The position numbers were made by a program, and so were the translations under genes. Shown piece after piece: positions 63,091 through 64,000 of a stretch of DNA of 64,000 nt. This DNA is from Rhodosorus marinus CCMP1338 (Eukaryota > Plantae > Rhodophyta). The stretch lies in contig JAMWBK010000010.1 of the NCBI GenBank assembly GCA_029953675.1, forward strand, positions 1,364,001-1,428,000, given 5' to 3'. The notes beneath the pieces are model-generated. The model ran no database searches, had not been told where the DNA came from, and saw only the letters and a program-made list of their open reading frames with translations. Every line of letters starts with the position of its first letter. Position 1 is the stretch's first letter.

Positions 63091-64000
63091 CTTAATACTT
63101 TAGCCCAAGCCCCTCCTCCTTCGAATTCTCGAATATGTTGACTGCTACTTCCGTTGACGTCACTGTGCGCGGGAATTTGGTCCCACTTTAGACCCCAATT
63201 GTCCTTGTTTTCTCTTGACTTTTCAACTTTCTGTTCGCAAGAGACTGGTACGGCCTTGAGCGACAGACTGGCAACAATGTAAAACGCTACAGAAGCTTGC
63301 CCAGCCACGAAAACCAGACATCGCCTTTACTCAAAGAGAATAGTAGAACCCGGCTGAACGATCTGTTGAGACTACTGCTTCAAACGATTACAATGTTTCT
63401 GTTCACGAGTCTTCCGAGGACAGCGCAACTATCGGAACGGCCAAGCCTTGGGTTCAAGGATGTGACAAATGTTTCCTGGAATCATTGCCCATAAAAGAGG
63501 TTGCTGCATCAACGAAGGGGTGAGCACTTCTGTTCAGCTTGGATTAGAGAACAGTCCACGTAGGGTGCGACCACTCTTGTAGACCTCGGAGAGCTGTTTG
63601 CTTGAACAAATCTCTGACGACGATCTAAAACCGTAGATACATCTCGTTTCCGAGTTCAGCACCTATACTCGAAATAATCTGTATTATCGTCTTGGCTCGT
63701 TTGTCTCACCCCGAAGGCTCAGAACATGTCCACGTGCGTGAGTTAGCATGGTGTCCTAGGGAGAGGTTCTGTGCCAACGGGGTATCCACGTGATAAAAGC
63801 GAACATGAAGCCATCACTTGGGGTCGCCGTGAAACAAGTTGACTTGTCCTTTGGGGAATCACATGAGCAAAATTTTTTCAACCTGGGGTTCTATTGTGCA
63901 GTTGGGTTTCAATTGGTTCGTTCAGAGCCAGCGTAATAACGCAGCCGATCTACAACTGATGGAGTCTATAGACTCAGCACGAGCTCACTTCAAGAGCTGG

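Noticed and set aside
63091-64000. Possible 3' end of a minus-strand gene at the window edge
   Set aside because: No frame gives a convincing protein; the flanking sequence is needed.

Overview
Eukaryotic nuclear DNA from a compact genome, most consistent with a red alga (inference: five plastid proteins start M-x(0-3)-F-V, introns are short GT-AG, mostly 60-140 nt, and GME, SBPase and APX are present). About 21 recognisable protein genes, most spliced by hand from the sequence: divergent cullin (5'-truncated), SmB, DUF1995, mitochondrial uL23, GME, PPR, RPS11, GT77-type glycosyltransferase, EF-hand type II NADH dehydrogenase, DUF1499, spermidine synthase, MPP-beta, PHD/polyQ protein, SBPase, plastid APX, GRAM-TM protein, PLPBP, PAQR, stomatin-like, QDPR-like SDR and a histidine phosphatase. 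There is also an 11-exon, extremely acidic AT-hook protein with a plastid-type presequence that I cannot assign. Two gene-poor blocks (8.2-11.5 kb, 16.7-23.3 kb) carry probable decayed copia and Mutator-like elements, a strong 39-nt hairpin and tandem repeats. Many genes sit head-to-head or tail-to-tail, and several divergent spacers show a C-rich / AT-rich / G-rich layout. I found no tRNA, rRNA, snRNA or CRISPR. Best leads: the acidic AT-hook plastid protein, a canonical intron 57 nt downstream of the SmB stop, and the promoter architecture with the small hidden genes it predicts. No database searches were run, so family calls rest on motif recognition.
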